IMG/VR virus record: IMGVR_UViG_3300020414_002646
Location: 1-36,450 of that record
Reading direction: 5' to 3' (one strand)
DNA: 36,450 nt
DNA from: a virus
Taxonomy: Duplodnaviria > Caudoviricetes
Shown here one piece after another: positions 5,800 through 20,100 of the stretch; position 1 is the first letter of the stretch, and each line of letters starts with the position of its first letter. The position numbers and the translations under genes were made by a program. The notes beneath the pieces are model-generated. The model was given only the letters and a program-made list of their open reading frames with translations. It ran no database searches and was not told the origin of the DNA.

Positions 5800-5807
5800 T
5801 ATAAATA
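5800..5807 (+). promoter_or_regulatory. T4-type late promoter
   Basis: TATAAATA 18 nt upstream of gp25. Confidence 0.8.
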
Positions 5808-5825
5808 ATTTAAAAAAATTATAAA

Positions 5826-6227
5826 ATGGCAGTCCAAAGGACATCCAGAGCATTCCGAGATATTAGTTTATCCTTCCGTCCACATCCAGTGACGGGGGAT
5901 TTACCCATATTAAGGAATGAAAATGCAATTATCAGATCAATTAGGAATTTAGTCGAAACAATTCCCAATGAGCGATTTTTTAATTCAACTATTGGATCTG
6001 ATGTGAGATCTTCATTATTTGATAATCCAATTATTGGAACTGAAATTAGAATAAAAGATCAAATTGAAAGTACAATTAGAACATATGAAGATCGGGTAGA
6101 AAACTTATTAATAGAAGTTGATTTTTTACCCGATCTGAATTCAATAGACGTTACCGTACACTTTGATATTATCGGAAATGATTTTCCACAGCAAACAATT
6201 AATTTCATACTAGAGGCAACGAGATAA
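5826..6227 (+). CDS. gp25: baseplate wedge subunit gp25
   Basis: FRDISLSF, AIIRSIRNLVET.PNERFF...GS motifs; precedes gp6. Confidence 0.9.
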   Translation: MAVQRTSRAFRDISLSFRPHPVTGDLPILRNENAIIRSIRNLVETIPNERFFNSTIGSDVRSSLFDNPIIGTEIRIKDQIESTIRTYEDRVENLLIEVDFLPDLNSIDVTVHFDIIGNDFPQQTINFILEATR

Positions 6228-6228
6228 A

Positions 6229-8163
6229 ATGCCTTTTACAGAGTTCAACAATTTAGATTTTGATCAAATTAAATCTTCGATCAAAGATTATCTAAGAGCA
6301 AATTCAAAATTCACTGATTTTGATTTTGAGGGATCTAATTTCTCAATATTAATTGATACACTTGCATATAATACGTATATTAATGCATTTAATAGCAACA
6401 TGATTGCAAATGAATCCTTTTTGGATTCTGCAACTCTAAGGCAAAATGTTGTTGGATTGGCAAGAAATATAGGATATGTTCCAAAATCAAGAAAATCTGC
6501 AAGAGCAGTAATATCATTTGAAGTTTTTCTTAATGGAGTTGATTCACAAACACTGACGTTAAAATCAGGTCTTGTTTGTACAGGAAATACTAACAATACC
6601 TCATATGTTTTTTCAATTCCAGAAGATATTACTGTACAAACAATTGATTTTGGAACAACTAAGTTAGCAACGTTCGATGCAATATCTGTTTATGAAGGTA
6701 TTTCTCTAAGAAAGTCTTATACAGTAGATACATCAATTGAACAAAAATTTGAACTTCAAAACTCATACATTGATACAGATTCAATCAGAGTTTATGTAAA
6801 AGGTCAAAATGAAACTGGAAGAGGAAAGGAATATAATGTTGTAGATAATATTACTGATATTGATTCAACTTCTGAGATCTTTTTAATTCAAGAGATAAAA
6901 GATGAAACTTATGAAGTTATTTTTGGTGATGGTGTTTTTGGTAAAAAACTTGAAAATGGATCTGTAATTACGATTGAATATATTGTAACTAATGGAGAAG
7001 AAGGTAACGGAGTTAGAAATTTAGCATTCGCAGGATCTCTTCAGTATGCAGATCAGGACGGAAATTTACGTCTTGCACAGTCAGATGAACCCATCGTTGT
7101 CAATACCATATTATCCTCTAGAGAGGGTTCTAGTATTGAGAGTGTAGATTCTATCAAATACTATGCTCCAAGAGCATACAGTGCCCAGAACAGGGCAGTC
7201 ACCGCCAGAGATTATGAATATATTGTCAGGAAAGTATATCCAAATGCCGAAGCAGTGTCTGTAATTGGTGGAGAGGAATTAGATCCTCCAGAATTTGGAA
7301 GTGTGACTATAGCAGTAAAACCAAAAAATGGCACATTCCTCTCAGATTTTACTAAAGAACAAATTTTAGTTGATTTAAAAAATTATTCTATAACAGGAAT
7401 TAATCAAAAAATTGTTGACTTAAAAATACTTTATGTTGAAATTGAATCTTCTGTATATTACAACTCATCTCAAATTTCAACTCCAAGTTCACTGAAAAGT
7501 TCTGTTATTGGAACTTTAGAAAGATATGCTAAATCTGCAGACCTGAACAAGTTTGGAGGTAGATTTAAGTATAGTAAAGTACAGCAAGTTATTGATAATA
7601 CAAATTCAGCAATTACTTCGAATATCACTAAGGTGAGAATGAGAAGAGATATGAAAGTGTCTCTGAATAATTTTGCACAGTATGAACTTTGCTTTGGCAA
7701 TCGCTTTTATATTAATGAGTATGGATTTAATGTAAAGAGTACTGGTTTTACTGTTGAAGGAGAATCTAGTATTGTTTATCTTACTGATACTCCAAACAAA
7801 GATTTGAATGGAAATCTTGATGGAAGTGGAAAAGGTGTTCTATCCGTAGTTAAAGAAACAGTCTCGGGAACGCCGGAAATTGTTATAGAATCTGTTGGAG
7901 TTGTCGATTACATAGAGGGAGAAATTTTACTCAATACTGTAAAAATTAACTCTACAGTGTTGCCCGATGGAATTATTGAAGTTCAGGCATTTCCAGATTC
8001 AAATGATGTTATTGGTTTGAAGGATTTATACTTAATTTTTGATGTTGGAGCTAGTTCTCCTACAATAAATATGAGAAGGGATACTATTTCTTCAGGAGAA
8101 AGTATATCCGGAACAAGATATATAACAACATCCAGTTATCCAAACGGAAAATTAACAAGGTAA
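6229..8163 (+). CDS. gp6: baseplate wedge subunit gp6
   Basis: LDFDQIK, DFDFEGSN, LAYNTY, NESFLDSA, FGDG, AQNRAVT motifs. Confidence 0.95.
   Translation: MPFTEFNNLDFDQIKSSIKDYLRANSKFTDFDFEGSNFSILIDTLAYNTYINAFNSNMIANESFLDSATLRQNVVGLARNIGYVPKSRKSARAVISFEVFLNGVDSQTLTLKSGLVCTGNTNNTSYVFSIPEDITVQTIDFGTTKLATFDAISVYEGISLRKSYTVDTSIEQKFELQNSYIDTDSIRVYVKGQNETGRGKEYNVVDNITDIDSTSEIFLIQEIKDETYEVIFGDGVFGKKLENGSVITIEYIVTNGEEGNGVRNLAFAGSLQYADQDGNLRLAQSDEPIVVNTILSSREGSSIESVDSIKYYAPRAYSAQNRAVTARDYEYIVRKVYPNAEAVSVIGGEELDPPEFGSVTIAVKPKNGTFLSDFTKEQILVDLKNYSITGINQKIVDLKILYVEIESSVYYNSSQISTPSSLKSSVIGTLERYAKSADLNKFGGRFKYSKVQQVIDNTNSAITSNITKVRMRRDMKVSLNNFAQYELCFGNRFYINEYGFNVKSTGFTVEGESSIVYLTDTPNKDLNGNLDGSGKGVLSVVKETVSGTPEIVIESVGVVDYIEGEILLNTVKINSTVLPDGIIEVQAFPDSNDVIGLKDLYLIFDVGASSPTINMRRDTISSGESISGTRYITTSSYPNGKLTR
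8064..8071 (+). promoter_or_regulatory. late promoter internal to gp6, ahead of the giant wedge gene
   Basis: AATAAATA about 100 nt upstream of ATG 8171. Confidence 0.45.
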
Positions 8164-8170
8164 AGGAAGC

Positions 8171-11100
8171 ATGGCGGATACAAAATTTGACTCTAGAGTA
8201 AAAGTAAGTCAGATTATAAAGAATCAATTACCGGAATTCATTTCTTCATCAGAAGAAAATTTTGTTGACTTTTTGAAACAATATTATATTTCTTTAGAGC
8301 ATCGTGGTGCTGCTTTTGATATAGCAAATAATTTTGATCAATACATAAGCACTGATAATTTAACAGCAGATATTGTATCTAAGACTTATACTCTAAGTCA
8401 GGATGTTGGATACATTGATGATGAAATTTTTGTATCTTCCACTGCAGGTTTTCCTGAAGAGTATGGTCTATTAAAGATCAATAATGAGATTATAACTTAT
8501 ACTGAAAAAACAGAAACTTCTTTCACTGGATGCATTAGAGGATTTAGTGGAGTAGAATCCTATGAAGAAGATAGAGGACAACAAAATCTTGTCTTCAAAA
8601 CAACCAATATATCAGAGCATAATCAGGGAGATTCTGTAATAAATCTCAGCAATTTATTTTTAAAAGAATTTTTCAAAAAATTAAAGTATCAATTTTTACC
8701 TGGTCTGGAAAATAATGACCTTAATCCGGATGTAAATGTTGGATCCTTCATAAAACAGGCAAAGTCTCTCTACCAAACAAAAGGAACCGATGGATCGTTT
8801 GAAATATTATTTAAAGTACTGTATGGAGTAAATGCAGAGGTAATTGACACTGAAAAATTTCTTCTCAAATCATCTTCTGCAGAATTTATTAGAAGAAAAG
8901 TTTTATTTGGAAAATTAGTCAGTGGTCAAGATCCCCTAAAAGTTGCCGGTCAAACTTTGATTTCAAGTGATGGATCCGCATCGGCACCAATTTCAGAGAT
9001 TGATTATTATCTGTCATCAACTGGAGAAAATATTTACAAAATTTCCATATCTGAAGGATATGATGAAGAAGGTCTTTTAATTGGAAAATTCAAAGAAACT
9101 CCACTAACAAAAGTTATTGGAAATGTTCCTGTAGGTTCTACAACAATAACAGTTGATTCTACAGTTTCGTTTCCAAATTCAGGAACAATTATTTCTGGAA
9201 GTAATAATGAAATTTCATATACAAGAAAAACAGTAAATCAATTTTTTGGATGCTCTAACATCACAACAGAAATTTTAGATACTGATGAGATTAAAGGATC
9301 CAATTATGCTATTTCGTATGAGGATGGTGACATTAATAAACCAGTAATATTCGAATTAAAGAATATTTTAAGTGATTTTAATTTCGATGATGATGAATAT
9401 ACTTTAATTGAGTCTGGAGATAAAATTCTTGTCAATAATCTCGGAGAATATATTAGAAATAATCAAGAAGAAAATACATTTAAGGAATTTATTTTTAACT
9501 CTTGGATTTATAATACATCTTCTAGATTCGAAATAGAATCTTCCGAAAGTAATACAACACACATTTTAGCAGAATTCCCAGACAAAGTTTCTCTAAAAAA
9601 AGATGATAATGTCAAAATTTTTAGAAGAGGAGCAAATGAATCTTTAGCAACTGCCAAAGTTGAAAATATTTCTAGACTTCAGTCAGATTCATCTAAAGGA
9701 AGTTTAAAACTTAAAGAGTATGAAGGTGAAAATTTAGGAGAGGGGAAATATGATATAAAGAGAATAATTAAAACTGCTTCATCATCTTCTACAACTATTC
9801 CTTTAGAGTTTTCTAATGTATCTGCAAATATCCAAAATACTTATGATGATGGAGGAAAAAACATTTTTGTCGCTACAAATTCCTTACCAGACTATGAAAT
9901 AAATCCAGAATCAATTTTTGAAGAGATAACAGATACGTCAAGTATTGGTGCATCTGAAATTACTATATCAAGACCCTCACTAAGGTTTTTGACGGGAGAT
10001 AAAATTACATATACTCATGGAACTGGAAATCCAATTACAGGATTGACATCAGGTAATGAATATTACATTAAAGTCGTAGATTCTAATAAAATCAAACTCT
10101 ATAATTCATTATCCGAAATTTATACTGATGCAAATATCAGTCTAGCTACAGAAAGTGGAATTGCTACCACCCACAGATTTACATTATCTAAATTATACAA
10201 TAAAAAATTATCGCCAAGTTTCTCTTTAAGAAAGTATCCAATTTCAACTTATATAGATGTAAAAGAAAAAGTAAAGACTCCAATCGATAATACTGTTGGA
10301 TCTTTAATAAATGGAGTTGAAATCTTTAATTACAAAGGTATTGATAATGTATTTTATGGACCACTCAGTGATGTAATCGTTTCTGAGGGCGGTTCTGGAT
10401 ATGATGCAGTATATCCACCCAAAATTGAAATTGATGCCCCTACAGAGGTTGGAGGAACAACTGCATTAGTCAGTCCTGTTATTGCAGGCACAGTTCATTC
10501 AGTTTTATTGGATGAAAAAGATATTCCAGTAAAATCGGTAAAATCTGTTTCCATATTGGGAGGAAACGGGACAGGAGCAGTTTTAGAACCGGTAATCGAA
10601 AATAGATTTAGAGAATTTGAATTTGATGCTTCTTCTGGAGTTAATAATACTACAGAAGCAATCACATTTACACAAAGTCATTACTTTGAAGATGGTCAAA
10701 AAGTTGTATATAGTACAAATGGAAATAATCCTTTAGGTATAGGTACATATCAAGGATCTAATGTAGATCAAAATAAGTATCTTTTAAATGGAGGAACATA
10801 TTTTGCAAAATATATTTCCTCTAAAAGTATTGGATTATATGAAACTAAAAAGGATTATCTTGCAGGAATTAATACTGTTGGATTTACAACAGTAAATAAA
10901 AATGGTATTCATAAGATTAGATCTTTCAATTCCGAAGAAGTTTTATCTGATATAAGAGTTACTAATAGTGGTAATAATTATCAATATAGAAAATTAATTA
11001 TTACATCGGACAATAGATCAACCTCAATATCGACAACCAGATCTACTATCAATTATAAAGATCATGGATTTGATGATAGATCCATAGTCAAATATGAGAG

Positions 11101-14100
11101 CACTAGTACTATTAGTGGATTGACAAATGATCAGGATTATTATGTCATAAAAATTGATAATGATTCATTTAGACTTGCCGCAACTAAAGATGATCATACA
11201 AATAAAAAATATATTTCTATTGAAAGTATTGGAGGAAGCGTAGAGCATTCATTTAAATATCTTCCAATTTCTGTAGATATAAAAGTATCTTATGCAAATA
11301 CAGAACAATCTGTATCGGCAACTCCTGTTGTTAGAGGTGAAGTCATTGACTTATATGTTTATGAAAAAGGAAGTAAGTATGGATCCGAAATTTTAAATTA
11401 CGAAAAACTTCCTTTAGTTTCTATAAGCAGTGGAAAAAATGCTATTGTTCAACCGGTAATAATTAATGGCAAAATTGATAGTGTATTTGTTATTGATAGT
11501 GGATCCGAATATCATTCTCTTCCAGATTTAATAGTTAATGGTTCTGGAAGTGGTGCAAAATTAAAACCAGTAATTAATCCCACTACAGGTTCACTTACTG
11601 CAGTAACAGTTATCAATAGTGGATTTGGATATACATCGGATACTACAATTAGTGTCAAAACTATAGGTACGGGTCTAAAACTTACACCAAAAATTAGATC
11701 GTTAACTCTTGATAATAATAAAAAGTTTGGAAGTGAATATTTCAAAAAAATTACCACTTCTATTACAGATGTATCATATAGTGTTACTGGATATTTTGAT
11801 GAAATTAGAAGTTCATTTGAAGATAATGTTGGAACAGAAAATAATGATTTTACCCATTCCCCTATTATAGGATGGGCATATGATGGAAATCCGATTTATG
11901 GTGCGTTTGGATATTCTAATCCATCTGATGGCACAACCGTAAAAAGGTTGGAATCTAGTTATACCCTAGACACCTCTTTAGTTGAAGATAGACCAAATCT
12001 AACAGATTTTCCAGCAGGAACTTTTATTGAAGATTATACTTTTGATGGATCTGGGGATTTGGATGAGCACAATGGAAGATTCACAAAAACTCCGGATTTT
12101 CCAAATGGAATTTATGCATATTTTGCTCCTATAGAAGAAAATACAAATATACCAAATACTTTCCAATCAGTTTTCCCATATTTTGTTGGGGATACTTATA
12201 GATCTTCTTTTATCAAATCAATTTTAGAAAACACTCAAGAAAATTTTGATATACAAAATTCTGGATTGTTAAGAAACACTGCTCCATATAGAGTAGGACA
12301 AAAAAATTCAAGTAATGACTATATTGATTTTGATTTTTCTGATAAGTTTAATGGAGGAGAAGTTGAGTCTTCATCTAGAGGTGATGTAGATTCTTTCACG
12401 GTCTCTAAAAATGGATTTGATTATGCCATTGGAGATCCTTTAGTTTTTGATAATTCTACTTCAGGTGGTTCTGGAGTTTCTGCCGAAGTTTCAGAAATAC
12501 TTGGAAAAACTATAAACAACATTTCAGTATCGAGAACAAAAGAGACTGGTTTTGTTTTAGAAAATCAGAATGGTAAATTAAAATTATCTTCTGACACATA
12601 TCATAATTTTACAAATAATAATTTTGTAAAAATTGATAATCTTTCAACTCCAGTATCAGGTCTTAGCGGATTTTATAAAATAGAATCTAATACATTATCA
12701 ACAACTCTCAATGAAGAAATTGTCATAAACTCTGGTGTTGTCACCGATATTTTTGTAGCCAATATACCATCCTCTGTTTCTGCAGGAAATACTATTGGAA
12801 TTGGCACAGAAAACCTAGAAGTTTTAAATGTATTTGAACAGGAAAGAATTTTAAGAGTTAAAAGAAGTGTTACTGGAATCGCACACGCTGTGGGAACGGG
12901 AGTTACATATCGTTCAAGTTCTTTTACCATTCCTTTCCAAATTGAGGAATTGGATTCATATGAAAATAATAAGGTATATTTTAATCCTACACAATCTGTT
13001 GGAATAGGTACTACGGTTGGACTCTCTACTTCAGTTTCTTATACTATAGGAAATTCAACACAGACTTTATCAATACCAACACAAACGATATATTTGCCCA
13101 ATCATGGGTTTAAAGATAGGCAAAAGGTTACAATTGGAAGAGTTTCTGGAGTATCATCGATAGGTGTTTATGATTATTCTACAGATTCGGAATTTAAAAT
13201 TTTGGAATCTCTTACTGAGGAAGTTTTTGTTATCAAAAAATCTGATAATTCTATAGGTATTGTTACTTCATTAACAGGTCTCGGAAATACTGTTGGTTTA
13301 GCGTTTACATCCGCTGGTGCCGATAATTATGAATACTATTTTGAATCGAAATTTAATCAAATAACTGCAGATGTAACTGAAATAAATTGTACGGTATCAG
13401 TTGCTTCAAGTCACGGATTAAATAATAATGATAATGTTACTTTATCATTATTATCAAATAAAAATGTAGGTATTGGCACTTCGACACATCTTCGTTTGAG
13501 ATTTGATGAGAGTACTCAAAAAATACTTGTTAATTCTATTGGGTTTAATTCTACAGGTATTAATACTACAAGTAATATTATAGAAATACCAAATAATGAT
13601 TTAAGAACTGGTGATAAGGTTTACTATGAAACTGATATTTCACCATCAGGTTTAGAAAATAATTCTTTCTATTATGTTTTTAAAGTTTCTGATGACAAGA
13701 TTAAATTATCAGAAACATTAAATGATGCAACAGGATCAACTGTAAAAACTATAAGTATAGGAAGCACTGGAGGATCTGACCAAAAACTAAGTCTTGTAAA
13801 TCCCCAAATTGATGTAGTTAAAAACAATAATTTGGTTTTTGACATTAGCGATTCTTCATTCGAGAATAAAAATATTGAGTTTTTTGGGGACGAGAATTTT
13901 ATAAATTCATATTCTTCTAGTAGCGATATTTCTTCCTTTAATGTTGTTGGAGTCGGAACTGCAGGAAACTCTGGAGCAAAGGTTACTCTAAACCATTCTT
14001 CAAGTTTAGATTTTAACTTATACTATGCAGTCAAAGATGAGACCACAGGAAAAGTTATAAGCGCAGACAAAGATGTAAAAAATTATTCCAAAATTTCTTA

Positions 14101-17100
14101 CATTGATAGCTTCTATAATAACAACACATATATTGTTAGTGCCGCATCAACAACCACTTTCCAAATCAATTTAGTTGGAGAACCTGAAAGAGATCTATAC
14201 ATTTCCTCTGATGTGGATTCATTCAGTTATTCTACAGATTCTAAAAATGCTATAGGACCTATTTCTAAAATTAGAAAAATTTCTCCAGGTTTTAATTACG
14301 CATTCTTACCAAAATTTTTAGATGTTACTTCTTCAAAAGGTGATGGTGCAGGTATCAAATTAGTTACCAAAAATATAGGAAACTCGGAAAGAATAAAGAC
14401 TATAAACAGCGGATATTCTTTCCCAACAGATAAAACTCTATCTCCTAGTGGAAACTTACCAATTATTGCGAATATAATTAAAGATCATGAAATTAAAAAC
14501 ATAGTAGTGACTTCTGGAGGAAGTGATTACTATACAGATCCAGGTTTAGTATTAGTAGATTCTGAAACTAGAGAGAGTGTAGATACAGTTTCTTTTGAAG
14601 TCGAAAGAAATTCGAATTCGATTGAAAACGTAACAGCAATAAATTCGAAAGGATTGGATTTAAAAAATTATGAACTTTTTACGATTGATAATTCTAACGG
14701 AGTTTCGGTAAGCAAAGTTGAATATTCTTCTAGTGGTATTGTAACTTGCACATTAGTAACTCCTATTGGAGGATTTAATATTCCTCCTTTCTCTGACAAT
14801 CAAGAAATATTTGTTGAAGGAATTGAAAAATCCGGAAATGATGGTGATGGATTTAACTCTGCTGATGTTGGATACAAATTCTTTACGATTGCAGAATATT
14901 TGGATGATACTTCTCCTGCAAGAGTAGTTTTCGATATAAGTAGTTTTTCCACAAATCCAGGTATTGCATTAACTGATCAAATATATGCTTCAATAGTTCC
15001 AAAATCAAAATATCCAATATTTGAAGTTAATTTGGAAGAAAGTAAGTTTATAGAAAATGAGCAGTTATTAATAGATATTGGTAATGGATATGTTTTATCT
15101 GAAAATAATGTAATTAAGTCTGATGCAAGTATTGCAAAAATTATTGGTCCAGATTTATTAAAAAAAGGATACAAGATACAGGGAAGAAATTCTGGATCTA
15201 CTGCAGAAATCAATGCTATCACTTCTCTGGGAGGAAGATTTACTGAAGATGTAATTTATTCAACCACTGATGGATGGAAAAATAATATTGGCAATTTGAG
15301 TGATGATATTCAAGTTCTTCCAGATAATGATTACTATCAGAATCTTTCATATTCTATCAAGAGTCCTATAGAATATGAAAGATTCATAGACCCTGTAAAC
15401 AAAATTATTCATTCTTCAGGATTGAAGAATTTTGGAAATCTTGGAATTACATCATCCGTTTCAACTGGAGTTGGAGCTGCTATTTCCGACTTGTCTTTTA
15501 CTACAGATTATATTACAGATGTAAGAGTTGATATAATAAAAGATTTTGATACTGTAAAAGATGTTGATGTTCAATTTATCTCGGCAGACAACAAAAAATC
15601 AAAATATGTTGAATTTCAAAATAAAAGATTAACTGATTTCTTTGTATGTAAAACAAATAAAGTATTATCAATAGATAATGTTGAAAATGAATTTTCTAGC
15701 ACCACTTTAGGTCAAGAGCAATATGTAGATTTATTGACATATCCAAAATCTGTAAGATATACCAATTTCCTCGTTCAGAGTGTTGGTATTGCAAGTACAG
15801 AACGTCAATTAAATGATATTGTTGTTCTCAATAATAATCTGGATTCATTTACTATTGATAAAGGAACTTTAACAAATTCCGAAACTGTAGATTACTATGC
15901 AGATGTTAATGGATTTATTGACCCTGCAGGAAACTTATCTCTTAGATATGAACCAATAAATCCATTTGACAAGTCTTATAATATTAAAATTTATAGAACT
16001 TTCTTTGATACCACTGTAACTGGTGTAGGAACAACTTCTATTGGATTTGTAGACATTACAGGAAATGTTGAAAGTGTTGGAGTTGGTTCTACGGCACAAA
16101 TTTTAGGAATAGCAACAGAATCATCTCAAGCATTGTTGAGTGAAATTTTTGTAAATGATTTAACAACAAATCAAATGAACTTTTTTGAGGTTGCCGTTGT
16201 TAATGATGGGATAGAATCAAAACACTCCGAATATTTCGTAGATACTGAAAAATTATCCGGAAAAAGTCAATCACGATTAGTTTCTATAGGGTCTACTATT
16301 GAAAGTGGTATTTTAAAATTAAATATTACAAATGATTCTTCAAATAAAATTCTTTATAAGGCAAGAACTACAAATATAGATTCTCCTTCTGTTGGAACTG
16401 CAGGAACATATAGATTCTTAGCGCCAGAACAACCAGAAGGTAGTGAAAGATCTATGAGATTAGAATCTAATCATGTTGAAACTGGTTCTGTTGGAGTTGG
16501 AACAACAGTATTAACTTTTGATGTTGCAACAATTGGATCAGTAAAATCTTTAATTAGAATTAAAAATACTGATACTAATAATACCTCAATGCATCAGGTA
16601 ATGATGGTTAATGATGGGGCAGATTCTTTTATGATGCCAAAATTTTATGTTTCTATTGGTAATACTACTGGAATAGGAACATTTGAATCGCAAATTGATG
16701 GTTCGGAATTAAACTTATTGTTCTATCCAGATTTTACAGCAAATTATGAAATAAGTTCATATTCTCATGTATTATATGAAGATTTGGATTCTGATAATAT
16801 TATCACAGACAAAGAGTATGGAAATATTACTGAAACATTGAAGAATAGTAGATTTAATTCTATTAATGGTGATGGAAATGATCAATTAGAGTTTGAAATG
16901 GAATACAATGGTGTTCCAATTTTCCAAAAAACATTTAATCCCACAAATGCTGGTACTTTAAGCACCAGCACCGGTATTTTCACTATAAATGATCACTTCT
17001 TTAGTAATAATGAAGAAGTAACATATGAATCGGGAGCAACTTTTATCGATGTTACTCCCTCTTCTGTTGGAATTGGAACAACTATTGTTGGTGGAACACA

Positions 17101-20100
17101 ATTTACGGGAGATTTTATTACAGGTCTCTCAACTATAACAGGAATTTCTTCCACACTATTAGATTTCTTTGAGGTTGGTCAAATTATTTCAGGTCCATCG
17201 ATTCCAACATCAACCGAAATTGTTAGTATTGGAAATACCTTCCAATACTTTACTGGAAATATTGTTGGTGTAGCATCTACTGTCATAACTGGTGTTGCCA
17301 ATACTTCCATACTGAAAGTTAATGCTGGTATTTTCTCTGGTGATGGAACTTCACTGGGAACAATTCAATCAATTGGTAATCAAACAGTAACCTCAGATCA
17401 AACTATTGATGTTGGAACTGGAAGAACATATTATACTGATACTCTAGGATTGGGAATTTCTCTATCAAATCCAAGTACCAGTACCCAAATAAGGAAATCT
17501 TTTAGTTCTGGAATTTCTACAGATGTTTGCCCATCAGATGTTTATATTATAAAACTTTCCCCGAATACATTTAAGATAACTGGAACAAATAATAGTGGTA
17601 TAGGATTTACATTTACCAGCACTGGTGCTGGAAATGCTCATAAACTTACGATGAAGAAAAATATTGAAAAAACACTTATCAATCTTAATGGTATTGTTCA
17701 ATATCCTTTATCATATTCAAATATATCATACACATTGGAAGAATCAATAAATTCTAGTCAAGAATTTATATCTTTAAGTGGAATTACTACAGTAAATCCA
17801 ACAGATTTATTAAAAATTGGAGATGAATATGTCGAAGTGCAAAATGTAGGTTTTGGAACTACATCAATTGGTCCAATCACAGGTATTGGAACTACTACAT
17901 TGGTAAAAGTTAAGAGGGGATTTGTTGGATCTACAGCAAATTCTCACAGTTCGGGAGTATCTGCAGATCTTTATAAAGGTTCTTATGATATTGTTGGAAA
18001 TAAACTTCATTTTACTCACGCACCTAAAGGTTCTGGAGAAAATGACAGAGAAGATTCTCGCGGATTGAATTTTAGTAGAGATACTTTCAATGGAAGAGTT
18101 TTCTTAAGATCTGATTATAGTACTAACATCGTTTATGATAATATTTCTTCAGAATTTAATGGAATTGGAAGGACATTTGCAGTTAGATATAATGGTGAAG
18201 ATATTGATACTATCGAATCTGGTAGTCCATTACTCTTTATAAATGAAGTATTCCAAACTCCAACATCATCCAATAATGCTGGAAATAACTATGAGTACAC
18301 TGATAATGGGGATACAACTACGGTAACTTTCACGGGAATAACTAATCCCGATGATAATGTTATTGTCACATCAGATACGGATGTTAACCAGAATGGTGTT
18401 CCTAGAGGTGGTGTTATTGTTTCTCTTGGTTCTACCCCTGGTTTAGGATATGCACCTCTTGTAGGAGCATCTGTAACTGCTGTGGTTAGTGGAGGAAGTA
18501 TTGTTTCCGTTGGATTGGGAATAACTGATCATAATGGATCTGGATATAATGATTTTGTTGGTATTGCAGTTACTGTTTTTGAAGAAGGACATAGTGGTAC
18601 AGCAGCAGAAATTTCAGCAACTGTTGGACTAGGAGGAACTCTAACTTTCAATGTTGATGAGGGTGGAAATGGATATAACAATCCCCAAATATTTGTTTCT
18701 GATCCAGCATATTCAAATCTTGGTGCATATGGAATATCCAGAATTGGAGTTGGTACAACAACAGATACTGGATCTGCATTTGCAGTTAACTTAGAAGTTG
18801 GTGCTGGAGCTACTGTAGGTGTTGGGTCAACTTATTTTGGAGTTACTAATTTTGAGGTTATTAATTTTGGTTATGACTTTAGACTTGGAGACAAGTTTAC
18901 TGTTGCTGGATTAGTTACTGATGCAACATTATCAGAACCAATTCATCAATTTGAACTTGAAGTTCTTGGTGTTTATAATGACAATTTTGGATCTTGGCAA
19001 TTAGGAGAACTTGATTATATTGATTCTATAAAACTTTTACAAAATGGAGTAAGACAAAGATTCCCATTAAACTATAATGGAGATTTATTAAACTTTGAAA
19101 TTGATATTAATGATCCAGATTCTGCTGAAATCGATCTAAAAGAATTATTATTAATATTCATAAATGGGATATTACAGGTTCCTGGAGATTCATATGATTT
19201 CAGTGGAGGTACATCCATTATATTTACATCTCCTCCAAGTTCAGAAGATAATGTTGATATTTTCTTCTATAGAGGAACAAGAGGAACTGACAGTTTCCAG
19301 CAAAATATTTTAGAAACAGTTGGTATAGGTGACGAACTGCAAATTAAACGAGATCCTGATTTTGAATTTTCAAGAACACAAGATCCTAGAGTAATATTTG
19401 ATTTAAGAGAGTCTGATTTAGTTGAGACTGTTAATTATGGTGGTGTGGGAATTGTTACCGAGGGTGATGTAGTATTAAACCCATCTAAAATTACTGATAT
19501 TAAGTTTACGGATATTATTCCACAAAAAGCAGATATTGTTGCTAATGGAGAAAATATTAGTAAGGCAAGGAAGAGACTGGCATCCTCAGTTTATCCAACC
19601 ACAAGACTTATTAGAGATATTGCAACATCTGATACGGAGATTTTTGTTGAGGATGCAAATTCATTTAATTATGAAGAAAATGAGTTAGGTAAGGCAATTG
19701 TTGAATTTGATGTTCTAGTAACTGAAGGAACTGATAAGGAACTTGCTTCTACTGAGGTAACAGTCTCTAGTGCATCAACAATTTCATCAATAGGAATTAT
19801 TTCCGGTGGATCCGGTTATGGTTCAGGTGGCACTATTGATGTCAAGATATCAACTCCTCCAAGTGGAATAGGTGCAGGAATAGGAACAATTGCTGAAGCA
19901 ACTGCTACAGTTTCTGCTGCAGGAACTATTGCTTCAGTTTCCATTACTAATGGTGGATTGGGTTACAGCACGACAACCTCTCCTCAAGTACTGATTCCAT
20001 TACCAAATCCAAAAATAGAAACAATCAGTGTCAGTAATGTTGAAGGATTTTCTGGAATTGTTACTGGAATTGGAACAACAACGACTTCAGGAAATCCTGC

